Source: Squalus acanthias (taxonomy: Eukaryota). Taken from it: DNA of 64,000 nt. A program made the position numbers and the translations under genes. A model generated the notes under the pieces. The model was not told where the DNA came from. It was given only the letters and a program-made list of their open reading frames with translations, and made no database searches. Of the stretch, positions 28,501-43,400 are shown piece by piece. Where the stretch lies: contig CM059438.1 in NCBI GenBank assembly GCA_030390025.1, positions 60,576,001 to 60,640,000 on the forward strand. The letters run 5' to 3'. Position 1 is the stretch's first letter. Each line of letters opens with the position of its first letter.

Positions 28501-31500
28501 GTATCCAAAACAAAGTAGTATCCAACATAAATAAGTATCCACCATAAAGTATAATCCAACATAAATTAGTAACCAATATAAAGTAGTATCCAACATAAAG
28601 TAGTATCCAACACGAAGTAGTATACAGCACAAAATGATCTCCATATAAAGTAGTATCCAACATAAATGGTATCCAACATAAATTAGTATCCAACATAAAG
28701 TAGTATCCTGCACAAAGTGAGTTCCACATAAAGTAGTATCCAACATAAAGTAGTATCCAATATAAAGTAGTATCCAAAATAAAATAGTATCCAACATAAA
28801 GTAGTATCCAATATAAAGTAGTATCCAACATGTATTAGTATCCAACATAAATTAGTATCCAACATAAATTAGTATCCAACATAAAGTAGTATCCAACATA
28901 AAGTAGCATCCAACAAAAATTAGTATCCAACACAAAGTAGTATCCAACAAAAAGTGATTTCCACAAAATGTAGTGTCCAACATAAAGTAGTATCCAACAT
29001 AAATTAGTATCCAACATGAAGTAGTATCCAACATAAATTAGTATCCAACACAAAGTAGTATCCAACATAAATTAGTATCCAACATAAGTTAGTTTCCAAC
29101 ATAAATTAGTATCCAACATGAAGTAGTATCCAACATGAAGTAGTATCCAACATAAAGCAGTATCCAACATAAAGTAGTATCCAACATAAATTAGTTTCCA
29201 ACATGAAGTAGTATCCAACATAAATTAGTATCCAACATGAAGTAGTATCCAACATAAATTAGTATCCAACATAAAGTAGTATCCAACATAAAGTAGTATC
29301 CAACATAAATTAGTTTCCAACGCAAAGTAGTATCCAACACAAAGTGATTTCCACATAATGTAGTGTCCAACATAAAGTAGTATCCAACATAAATTAGAAT
29401 CCAACATAAAGTAGAATCCAACATAAATTGGTATCCAACATAAAGTAGTTACCAAAATGAGGTAGTATCCAACATAAATTAGTATCCAACATAAATTAGC
29501 ATCCAACATAAATTAGTATCCAATATAAAGCAGTATCCAACACAAAGTAGAATTCAACACAAAGTGATTTCCACATAAAGTAGTATCCAACATAAATTAG
29601 TATCCAACATAAAGTAGCATCCAACATAAAGAAGAATCCAACATAAATTAGTGTCCAACATAAAGTAGTATCCAAAACAAAGTAGTATCCAACATAAATA
29701 AGTATCCACCATAAAGTATAATCCAACATAAATTAGTAACCAATATAAAGTAGTATCCAACATAAAGTAGTATCCAACACGAAGTAGTATACAGCACAAA
29801 ATGATTTCCATATAAAGTAGTATCCAACATAAATGGTATCCAACATAAATTAGTATCCAACATAAAGTAGTATCCTGCACAAAGTGAGTTCCACATAAAG
29901 TAGTATCCAACATAAAGTAGTATCCAACATAAATTGGTATCCAACGTAAAGTAGTATCCTGCACAAAATGATTTCCACATAAAATAGTATCCAACATAAA
30001 TTAGTATCCAACATAAATTAGTATCCAACATAAATTAGTATCCAACATGAAGTAGTATCCAACATGAAGTAGTATCCAACAGAAAGTAGTATCCAACAGA
30101 AAGTAGTATCCAACTTAAAGTAGTATCCAACTTAAAGTAGTATCCAATATAAAGTAGCATCCAATATAAAGTAGTATCCAACATAAAGTAGTATCCAAAA
30201 TAAAGTAGTATCCAACATGAAGTAGTATCCAACATAAAGTAGTATCCAAAATAAAGTAGTATCCAACATAAAGTAGTATCAACATAAAGTAGTATCCAAC
30301 TTAAAGTAGTATCCAACATAAAGTAGTATCCAATATATAGTAGTATCCAAAATAAAGTAGTATCCAACATAAAGTGGTATCCAAATTAAATTAGTATCCA
30401 ACATGAAGTAGTATCCAACATAAAGTAATATCCAACATAAATTAGTATCCAACATGAAGTAGTATCCAACATAAAGTAGTATCCAACATAAAGTAGTATC
30501 CAACATAAATTAGTATCCAACATAAAGTAGTATCCAACATAAATTAGGATCCAACATAAATTAGTATCGAACATAAATTAGTATCCAACATGAAGTAGCA
30601 TCCAACATAAATTAGTATCCAACATGAAGTAGTATCCAATATATAGTAGTATCCAAAATAAAGTAGTATCCAACATAAAGTGGTATCCAATTTAAATTAG
30701 TATCCAACATGAAGTAGTATCCAACATAAAGTAGTATCCAACATAAATTAGTATCCAACATGAAGTAGTATCCAACATAAAGTAGTATCCAACATAAAGT
30801 AGTATCCAACATAAATTAGTATCCAACATAAAGTAGTATCCAACATAAATTAGGATCCAACATAAATTAGTATCCAACATAAAGTAGTATCCAACATAAA
30901 TTAGGATCCAACATAAATTAGTATCGAACATAAATTAGTATCCAACATGAAGTAGCATCCAACATAAATTAGTATCCAACATGAAGTAGTATCCAACATA
31001 AAGTAGTATCCAACATAAATTAGTATCCAACATAAAGTAGTATCCAACATAAATTAGTATCCAACATGAAGTAGTATCCAACATAAATTAGTATCCAACA
31101 TAAAGTAGTATCCAACATAAAGTAGTATCCAACATAAAGTAGTATCCAACATGAAGTAGTATCCAACATAAAGTAGTATCCAACATAAAGTAGTATCCAA
31201 CATAAAGTAGTATCCAACACAAAGTAGTATCCAACTTAAAGTAGTATCCAACATAAAGTAGTATCCAATATAAAGTAGTATCCAACATGAAGTAGTATCC
31301 AACATAAATTAGTATCCAACATAAAGTAGTATCCAACATAAAGTGGTATTCAACATAAAGTAGTATCCAACATAAATTACTATCCAACATAAAGTAGTAT
31401 CCAATATAAAGTAGTATCCAACATAAAATAGTATCCAACATAAAGTAGTATCCAATATAAAGTAGTATCCAACATGTATTAGTATCCAACATAAATTAGT

Positions 31501-34500
31501 ATCCAACATAAATTAGTATCCAACATAAAGTAGTATCCAACATAAAGTAGTATCCAACATAAATTAGTATCCAACACAAAGTAGTATCCAACAAAAGTGA
31601 TTTCCACATAATGTAGTGTCCAACATAAAGTAGTATCCAACATAAATTAGTATCCAACATAAAGTAGGATCCAACACAAAGTAGTCTCCACCATAAATTA
31701 GTATCCAACATAAAGTAGTATCCAACAGAAGTAGTATCCAACATAAATTAGTATCCAACATAAAGTAGCATCCAAGCATAAATTAGTATCCAACATAAAG
31801 TAGTATCCAACATAAAGTAGTATCCAACATAAAGTAGTATCCACACAGAAGTAGTATCCAACATAAAGCAGTATCCAACATAAAGTAGTATCCAACATAA
31901 ATTAGTTTCCAACTAAAGCAGTATCCAACAAAGTGATTCAACATTATGTAGTGTCCAACATAAAGTAGTATCCAACATTAATTAGAATCCAACATAAAGT
32001 AGAATCCAACATAAGTTAGTATCCAACATAAATTAGTATCCAACATAAAGTAGTATCCAAAACGAAGTAGTATCCAACATAAATTAGTATCCAACATAAA
32101 GTAGCATCCAACATAAATTAGTATCCAACATAAAGTAGTATCCAACATAAAGTAGTATCCAACATAAAGTAGTATCCAACATAAAGTAGTATCCAAAACA
32201 AAGTAGTATCCAACATAAATTAGAATCCAACATAAAGTAGTATCCAATATAAATTAGTAACCAATATAAAGTAGTATCCAACATAAAGTAGTATCCAAAA
32301 CAAAGTAATATCCAACATAAATTAGTATCCAACATAAAGTAGTATCCAATATAAATTAGTAACCAATATAAAGTAGTATCCAACATAAAGTAGTATCCAA
32401 CACGAAGTGGTAGACAACACAAAGTGATTTCCACATAAAGTAGTATCCAACATATAGTAGTATCCAACATAAAGTAGTATCCAACATAAATTAGTATCCA
32501 ACATAAAGTAGTATCCAACATAAATTAGTTTCCAACACAAAGTAGTATCCAACACAAAGTGATTTCCACATAATGTAGTGTCCAACATAAAGTAGTATCC
32601 AACATAAATTAGTATCCAACATAAATTAGTATCCAACATAAATTAGTATCCAACATAAATTAGTATCCAACATAAATTAGTATGCAACATAAAGTAGTAT
32701 CCAACATAAATTAGTATCCAACATAAATTAGTATCCAACATAAATTAGTATCCAACATAAATTAGTATCCAACATAAATTAGTATGCAACATAAAGTAGT
32801 ATCCAACATAAATTAGTATCCAACATAAATTAGTATCCAACATGAAGTAGTATCCAACATAAATTAGTATCCAACATGAAGTAGTATCCAACATAAATTA
32901 GTATCCAACATAAAGTAGTATCCAACATAAAGTAGTATCCAACATAAATTAGTTTCCAACGCAAAGTAGTATCCAACACAAAGTGATTTCCACATAATGT
33001 AGTGTCCAACATAAAGTAGTATCCAACATAAATTAGAATCCAACATAAAGTAGAATCCAACATAAATTGGTATCCAACATAAAGTAGTTACCAAAATGAG
33101 GTAGTATCCAACATAAATTAGTATCCAACATAAACTAGCATCCAACATAAATTAGTATCCAATATAAAGCAGTATCCAACACAAAGTAGAATTCAACACA
33201 AAGTGATTTCCACATAAAGTAGTATCCAACATAAATTAGTATCCAACATAAAGTAGCATCCAACATAAAGAAGAATCCAACATAAATTAGTATCCAACAT
33301 AAAGTAGTATCCAAAACAAAGTAGTATCCAACATAAATAAGTATCCACCATAAAGTATAATCCAACATAAATTAGTAACCAATATAAAGTAGTATCCAAC
33401 ATAAAGTAGTATCCAACACGAAGTAGTATACAGCACAAAATGATTTCCATATAAAGTAGTATCCAACATAAATGGTATCCAACATAAATTAGTATCCAAC
33501 ATAAAGTAGTATCCTGCACAAAGTGAGTTCCACATAAAGTAGTATCCAACATAAAGTAGTATCCAACATAAATTGGTATCCAACGTAAAGTAGTATCCTG
33601 CACAAAATGATTTCCACATAAAATAGTATCCAACATAAATTAGTATCCAACATAAATTAGTATCCAACATAAATTAGTATCCAACATGAAGTAGTATCCA
33701 ACATGAAGTAGTATCCAACACAAAGTAGTATCCAACATAAAGTAGTATCCAACATAAAGTAGTATCCAACATAAAGTAGTATCCAACATAAAGTAGTATC
33801 CAACATAAAGTAGTATCCAACATAAAGTAGTATCCAACATAAAGTAGTATCCAACATAAAGTAGTATCCAACATAAAGTAGTATCCAACATAAAGTAGTA
33901 TCCAACATAAAGTAGTATCCAACATAAAGTAGTATCCAACATAAAGTAGTATCCAACATAAAGTAGTATCCAAATAATTAGTATCCAACATAAAGTAGTA
34001 TCCAACATAAATTAGTATCCAACATAAAGTAGTATCCAACATAAATTAGTATCCAACATAAGTAGTATCCAACATAAATTAGTATCCAACATAAAGTAGT
34101 ATCCAACATAAAGTAGTATCCAACATAAAGTAGTATCCAACATAAAGTAGTATCCAACATAAATTAGTATCCAACACAAAGTAGTATCCAACACAAAGTG
34201 ATTTCCACATAATGTAGTATCCAACATAAAGTAGTATCCAACATAAATTAGTATCCAACATAAAGTAGAATCCAACATAAATTAGTATCCAACATAAATT
34301 AGTATCCAACATAAAGTAGTATCCAAAACGAAGTAGTATCCAACATAAATTAGTATCCAACATAAAGTAGTATCCAACATAAATTAGTATCCAACATAAA
34401 GTAGTATCCAACATAAAGTAGTATCCAACATAAAGTAGTATCCAACATAAAGTAGTATCCAACATAAAGTAGTATCCAACATAAAGTAGTATCCAAAAAA

Positions 34501-37500
34501 AAGTAGTATCCAACATAAATTAGAATCCAACATAAAGTAGTATCCAATATAAATTAGTAACCAATATAAAGTAGTATCCAACATAAAGTAGTATCCAAAA
34601 CAAAGTAGTATCCAACATAAATTAGTATCCAACATAAAGTAGTATCCAATATAAATTAGTAACCAATATAAAGTAGTATCCAACATAAAGTAGTATCCAA
34701 CACGAAGTGGTAGACAACACAAAGTGATTTCCACATAAAGTAGTATCCAACATATAGTAGTATCCAACATAAAGTAGTATCCAACATAAATTAGTATCCA
34801 ACATAAAGTAGTATCCAACTTAAATTAGTTTCCAACACAAAGTAGTATCCAACACAAAGTGATTTCCACATAATGTAGTGTCCAACATAAAGTAGTATCC
34901 AACATAAATTAGTATCCAACATAAATTAGTATCCAACATAAATTAGTATCCAACATAAATTAGTATCCAACATAAATTAGTATGCAACATAAAGTAGTAT
35001 CCAACATAAATTAGTATCCAACATAAATTAGTATCCAACATAAATTAGTATCCAACATAAATTAGTATCCAACATAAATTAGTATCCAACATAAATTAGT
35101 ATCCAACATAAATTAGTATGCAACATAAAGTAGTATCCAACATAAATTAGTATCCAACATAAATTAGTATCCAACATGAAGTAGTATCCAACATAAATTA
35201 GTATCCAACATGAAGTAGTATCCAACATAAATTAGTATCCAACATAAAGTAGTATCCAACATAAAGTAGTATCCAACATAAATTAGTTTCCAACGCAAAG
35301 TAGTATCCAACACAAAGTGATTTCCACATAATGTAGTGTCCAACATAAAGTAGTATCCAACATAAATTAGAATCCAACATAAAGTAGAATCCAACATAAA
35401 TTGGTATCCAACATAAAGTAGTTACCAAAATGAGGTAGTATCCAACATAAATTAGTATCCAACATAAACTAGCATCCAACATAAATTAGTATCCAATATA
35501 AAGCAGTATCCAACACAAAGTAGAATTCAACACAAAGTGATTTCCACATAAAGTAGTATCCAACATAAATTAGTATCCAACATAAAGTAGCATCCAACAT
35601 AAAGAAGAATCCAACATAAATTAGTATCCAACATAAAGTAGTATCCAAAACAAAGTAGTATCCAACATAAATAAGTATCCACCATAAAGTATAATCCAAC
35701 ATAAATTAGTAACCAATATAAAGTAGTATCCAACATAAAGTAGTATCCAACACGAAGTAGTATACAGCACAAAATGATTTCCATATAAAGTAGTATCCAA
35801 CATAAATGGTATCCAACATAAATTAGTATCCAACATAAAGTAGTATCCTGCACAAAGTGAGTTCCACATAAAGTAGTATCCAACATAAAGTAGTATCCAA
35901 CATAAATTGGTATCCAACGTAAAGTAGTATCCTGCACAAAATGATTTCCACATAAAATAGTATCCAACATAAATTAGTATCCAACATAAATTAGTATCCA
36001 ACATAAATTAGTATCCAACATGAAGTAGTATCCAACATGAAGTAGTATCCAACAGAAAGTAGTATCCAACAGAAAGTAGTATCCAACTTAAAGTAGTATC
36101 CAACTTAAAGTAGTATCCAATATAAAGTAGCATCCAATATAAAGTAGTATCCAACATAAAGTAGTATCCAAAATAAAGTAGTATCCAACATAAAGTAGTA
36201 TCAACATAAAGTAGTATCCAACTTAAAGTAGTATCCAACATAAAGTAGTATCCAATATATAGTAGTATCCAAAATAAAGTAGTATCCAACATAAAGTGGT
36301 ATCCAAATTAAATTAGTATCCAACATGAAGTAGTATCCAACATAAAGTAATATCCAACATAAATTAGTATCCAACATGAAGTAGTATCCAACATAAAGTA
36401 GTATCCAACATAAAGTAGTATCCAACATAAATTAGTATCCAACATAAAGTAGTATCCAACATAAATTAGGATCCAACATAAATTAGTATCGAACATAAAT
36501 TAGTATCCAACATGAAGTAGCATCCAACATAAATTAGTATCCAACATGAAGTAGTATCCAACATAAAGTAGTATCCAACATAAATTAGTATGCAACATAA
36601 AGTAGTATCCAACATAAATTAGTATCCAACATGAAGTAGTATCCAACATAAATTAGTATCCAACATGAAGTAGTATCCAACATAATGTAGTATCCAACAA
36701 AAATTAGTATCCAACATGAAGTAGTATCCAACATAAAGTAGTATCCAACATAAATTAGTATCCAACATGAAGTAGTATCCAACATAAAGTAGTATCCAAC
36801 ATAAAGTAGTATCCAACATAAAGTAGTATCCAACATAAAGTAGTATCCAACATAAAGTAGTATCCAACATAAATTAGTATCCAACATAAAGTAGTATCCA
36901 ACATAAATTAGTATCCAACATAAAGTAGTATCCAACATAAATTAGTATCCAACATGAAGTAGTATCCAACATAAAGTAGTATCCAACATAAAGTAGTATC
37001 CAACATAAAGTAGTATCCAACATAAAGTAGTATCCAACATAAAGTAGTATCCAACATAAAGTAGTATCCAACATAAAGTAGTATCCAACATAAAGTAGTA
37101 TCCAACATAAAGTAGTATCCAACATAAAGTAGTATCCAACATAAAGTAGTATCCAACATAAAGTAGTATCCAACATAAAGTAGTATCCAACATAAAGTAG
37201 TATCCAACATAAAGTAGTATCCAACATAAATTAGTATCCAACATAAAGTAGTATCCAACATAAAGTAGTATCCAACATAAAGTAGTATCCAACATAAATT
37301 AGTATCCAACATAAAGTAGTATCCAACATAAATTAGTATCCAACATGAAGTAGTATCCAACATGAAGTAGTATCCAACAGAAAGTAGTATCCAACAGAAA
37401 GTAGTATCCAACTTAAAGTAGTATCCAACTTAAAGTAGTATCCAATATAAGTAGCATCCAATATAAAGTAGTATCCAACATAAAGTAGTATCCAAAATAA

Positions 37501-40479
37501 AGTAGTATCCAACATGAAAGTAGTATCCAACATAAAGTAGTATCCAACATAAAGTAGTATCCAACATAAAGTAGTATCAACATAAAGTAGTATCCAACAT
37601 AAAGTAGTATCCAACATAAAGTAGTATCCAAATAAATTAGTATCCAACATAAAGTAGTATCCAACATAAAGTAGTATCCAACATAAATTAGTATCCAACA
37701 TGAAGTAGTATCCAACATAAAGTAGTATCCAACATAAATTAGTATCCAACATGAAGTAGTATCCAACATAAAGTAGTATCCAACATAAAGTAGTATCCAA
37801 CATAAATTAGTATCCAACATAAAGTAGTATCCAACATAAAGTAGTATCCAACATAAAGTAGTATCCAACATAAATTAGTATGCAACATAAAGTAATATCC
37901 AACATAAATTAGTATCCAACATAAAGTAGTATCCAATATAAATTAGTAACCAATATAAAGTAGTATCCAACATAAAGTAGTATCCAACACGAAGTGGTAG
38001 ACAACACAAAGTGATTTCCACATAAAGTAGTATCCAACATATAGTAGTATCCAACATAAAGTAGTATCCAACATAAATTAGTATCCAACATAAAGTAGTA
38101 TCCAACATAAATTAGTTTCCAACACAAAGTAGTATCCAACACAAAGTGATTTCCACATAATGTAGTGTCCAACATAAAGTAGTATCCAACATAAATTAGT
38201 ATCCAACATAAATTAGTATCCAACATAAATTAGTATCCAACATAAATTAGTATCCAACATAAATTAGTATCCAACATAAATTAGTATGCAACATAAAGTA
38301 GTATCCAACATAAATTAGTATCCAACATAAATTAGTATCCAACATAAATTAGTATCCAACATAAATTAGTATCCAACATAAATTAGTATCCAACATAAAT
38401 TAGTATGCAACATAAAGTAGTATCCAACATAAATTAGTATCCAACATAAATTAGTATCCAACATGAAGTAGTATCCAACATAAATTAGTATCCAACATGA
38501 AGTAGTATCCAACATAAATTAGTATCCAACATAAAGTAGTATCCAACATAAAGTAGTATCCAACATAAATTAGTTTCCAACGCAAAGTAGTATCCAACAC
38601 AAAGTGATTTCCACATAATGTAGTGTCCAACATAAAGTAGTATCCAACATAAATTAGAATCCAACATAAAGTAGAATCCAACATAAATTGGTATCCAACA
38701 TAAAGTAGTTACCAAAATGAGGTAGTATCCAACATAAATTAGTATCCAACATAAACTAGCATCCAACATAAATTAGTATCCAATATAAAGCAGTATCCAA
38801 CACAAAGTAGAATTCAACACAAAGTGATTTCCACATAAAGTAGTATCCAACATAAATTAGTATCCAACATAAAGTAGTATCCAACATAAAGTAGTATCCA
38901 ACATAAATTAGTATCCAACATAAAGTAGTATCCAAAACAAAGTAGTATCCAACATAATTAGTATCCACCATAAAGTAGTATCCAACATAAAGTAGTAACC
39001 AATATAAAGTAGTATCCAACATAAAGTAGTATCCAACACGAAGTAGTATACAGCACAAAAGTAGTTTCCAACATAAAGTAGTATCCAACATAAATGGTAT
39101 CCAACATAAATTAGTATCCAACATAAAGTAGTATCCTGCACAAAGTGAGTTCCACATAAAGTAGTATCCAACATAAAGTAGTATCCAACATAAATTGTAT
39201 CCAACGTAAAGTAGTATCCTGCACAAAAGTAGTTCCACATAAAATAGTATCCAACATAAATTAGTATCCAACATAAATTAGTATCCAACATAAATTAGTA
39301 TCCAACATGAATTAGTATCCAACATGAAGTAGTATCCAACATAAAGTAGTATCCAACATAAAGTAGTATCCAACATAAAGTAGTATCCAACATAAAGTAG
39401 TATCCAACATAAAGTAGTATCCAACATAAAGTAGTATCCAACATAAAGTAGTATCCAACATAAAGTAGTATCCAACATGAAGTAGTATCCAACATAAAGT
39501 AGTATTCCAACATAAAGTAGTATCCAACAGAAAGTAGTATCCAACATAAAGTAGTATCCAACATAAAGTAGTATCCACATAAAGTAGTATCCAACATAAA
39601 GTAGTATCCACATAAAGTAGTATCCAACATAAAGTAGTATCCAACATGAATAGTATCAACATAAAGTAGTATCCAACATAAAGTAGTATCCAACATAAAT
39701 AGTATCCAACATAAAGTAGTATCCAACATAAATTAGTATCCAACATAAAGTAGTATCCAACATAAAGTAGTATCCAACATAAAGTAGTATCCAACATAAA
39801 GTAGATCCAACATAAATTAGTATCCAACATGAAGTAGTATCCAACATAAAGTAGTCATCCAACATAAATTAGTATCAACATAAAGTAGTATCCAACATAA
39901 AGTAGTATCCAACATAAAGTAGTATCCAACATAAATGTTAATCCAACATAAATTAGTATCCAACATGAAGTAGTATCCAACATAAAGTAGTATCCAACAT
40001 AAATTAGTATCCAACATAAAGTAGTATCCAACATAAAGTAGTATCCAACATAAAGTAGAATCCAACATAAATTAGTATCCAACATAAAGTAGTATCCAAC
40101 ATAAAGTAGTATCCAACATAAATTAGTATCCAACATGAAGTAGTATCCAACATAAAGTAGTATCCAACATAAATTAGTATCCAACATAAAGTAGTATCCA
40201 ACATAAAGTAGTATCCAACATAAAGTAGTATCCAACATAAAGTAGTATCCAACATAAAGTAGTATCCAACATAAAGTAGTATCCAACATAAATTAGTATC
40301 CAACATAAAGTAGTATCCAACATAAAGTAGTATCCAACATAAAGTAGTATCCAACATAAATTAGTATCCAACATGAAGTAGTATCCAACATAAATTAGTA
40401 TCCAACATAAAGTAGTATCCAACATAAAGTAGTATCCAACATAAAGTAGTATCCAACATAAAGTAGTATCCAACAAAAG

Positions 40480-43400
40480 TATCCAATATAACTTCAGTAT
40501 CCACACATAGTAGCATCCAACATAAGTCGTATCCAACATAAAGTAGTATCCAACATAAATTAGTATCCAACATAATTAGTGTCCAACATAAATGTAGTAT
40601 CCAACATAAATTAGTATCCAACATGAATGTCGTATCCACATAAAGTAGTTCTCCAAAATAAATTAGTATCCAACACAAAGTAGCCTCCAACATAAGTAGT
40701 CTCCACATAAAGTTAGTATCTAACATAAATTAGTATCCAATCAGCAAAGTAGTAACCTACATGAAAGTAGTATCCAACATAAATTAGTATCCAACATAAA
40801 TTAGTATCCAACATAAATTAGTCTCCAACATAAATTAGTATCCAACATGATTTAGTATCCAACATTAAATTAGTATCCTACATATAAGTAGTATCCAACA
40901 CTAAAGTAGTATCCAACATAAAGTAGTATCCAACATAAAGTAGTATCCAACATAAAGTAGTATCCAACATATATTAGTATCAACACGAAAGTAGTATCCA
41001 ACATAAAGTAGTATCCAACATAAAGTAGAATCCATCACAAAGCAGTATCCAACATAAAGTAGTATCCAACATAAAGTAGTATCCAACATAAAGTAGTATC
41101 CAACATAAAGTAGTATCCAACATAAAGTAGTATCCAACATAAATTAGTATCCAACATGAAGTAGTATCCAACATAAAGTAGTATCCAACATAAATTAGTA
41201 TCCAACATAAAGTAGTATCCAACATAAGTAGTATCCAACATAAAGTAGTATCCAACATAAATTAGTATCCAACATAAAGTAGTATCCAACATAAATTAGA
41301 TCCAACATAAAGTAGTATCCAACATAAATTAGTATCCAACATAAAGTAGTATCCAACATAAATTAGTATCCAACATAAAGTAGTATCCAACATAAAGTAG
41401 TATCCAACATAAATTAGTATCAACATAAAGTAGTATCCAACATAAAGTAGTATCCAACATAAAGTAGTATCCAACATAAATTAGTATCCAACATAAAGTA
41501 GTATCCAACATAATGTAGTATCCAAAATAATTATCCAACATAAATTAGTATCCAACATAAAGTAGTATCCAACATAAATTAGTATCCAACATAAAGTAGT
41601 ATCCAACATAAAGTAGTATCCAACATAAAGTAGTATCCAACATAAAGTAGTATCCAACATAAAGTAGTATCCAACATAAAGTAGTATCCAACATAAATTA
41701 GTATCCAACATAAAGTAGTATCCAACATAAATTAGTATCCAACATAAATTAGTATCCAACATAAAGTAGTATCCAACATAAAGTAGTATCCAACATAAAG
41801 TAGTATCCAACATAAAGTAGTATCCAACATAAAGTAGTATCCAACATAAAGTAGTATCCAACATAAAGTAGTATCCAACATAAAGTAGTATCCAACATAA
41901 GTAGTATCCAACATAAATTAGTATCCAACATAAAGTAGTATCCAACATAAAGTAGTATCCAACATAAAGTAGTATCCAACATAAAGTAGTATCCAACATA
42001 AAGTAGTATCCAACATAAAGTAGTATCCAACATAAAGTAGTATCCAACATAAAGTTTTATCCAACATAAATTAGTATCCAACATAAAGTTGTCTCCAACA
42101 TAAAGTAGTATCCAACATAAATTAGTCTCCAACATAAATTAGTATCCAACATAAATTAGTATCCAACATAAAGTAGTATCCAACATAAAGTAGTATCCAA
42201 CATAAAGTAGCATCCAACATAAATTAGTGTCCAACATGAATTAGTATCCAACATAAATTAGTATCCAACATAAAGTAGTCTCCAACATAAAGTAGAATCC
42301 AACATAACTTAGTATCAAACATAAAGTAGTATCCAACATAAAGTAGTATCCAATATAACTTCATATCCAACACATAGTAGCATCCAACATGAAGTCGTAT
42401 CCAACATAAAGTAGTATCCAACATAAAGTAGTATCCAACATAAATTAGTATCCAACATAAATTAGTGTCCAACATAAATTAGTATCCAACATAAATTAGT
42501 ATCCAACATGAATTCGTATCCAACATAAATTATTCTCCAAAATAAATTAGTATCCAACACAAAGTAGCATCCAACATGAAGTAGTCTCCAACATAAAGTA
42601 GTATCTAACATAAATTAGTATCCAACACAAAGTAGTATCCTACATAAATTATTATCCAACATAAATTAGTATCCAACATATATTAGTATCCAACATAAAT
42701 TAGTCTCCAACATAAATTAGTATCCAACATGAATTAGTATCCAACATAAATTAGTATCCAACATATATTAGTATCCAACACAAAGTAGTATCCAACATAA
42801 AGTAGTATCCAACATAAAGTAGTATCCAACATAAATTAGTATCCAACATAAAGTAGTATCCAACATATATTAGTATCCAACACAAAGTAGTATCCAACAT
42901 AAAGTAGTATCCAACATAAAGTAGTGTCCAACATGAAGTAGTCTCCAACATAAAGTAGTATCCAACATAAAGTAGAATCCAGCACAAAGCAGTATCCAAC
43001 ATAAAGTAGTATCCAACATAATGTAGTATCCAACATAAAGTTGTATCCAACATAAATTAGTATCCAACATAAAGTAGTATCCAACATAAATTAGTCTCCA
43101 ACATAAATTAGTGTCCAACATAAAGTTGTCTCCAACATAAAGTAGTATCCAACATAAATCAGCCTCCAACATAAATTAGTATCCAACATAAAGTAGTATC
43201 CAACATAAAGTAGTATCCAACATAAGTAGTATCCAACATAAAGTAGTATCCAACATAAAGTAGTATCCAACATAAATAGTCTCCAACATAAATTCGTATC
43301 CAACATAAATTATTATCCAACATAATTTAGTCTCCAACATGAATTATTATCCAACATAATGTAGTATCCAACATGAAGTAGTATCCAACATAAATTAGTA

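Larger units (their letters stand above)
1881..39300. repeat. Subfamily 2, layer A: AACATAAAGTAGTATCC (5/17 GC) with modular higher-order structure
   Basis: Diagnostic variants aacacaaagtgatttcc, gttaccaaaatgagg, tcctgcacaaagtgagttcc and tagtaaccaatat occur here and were not seen to the right of ~39.3 kb. Confidence 0.85.
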
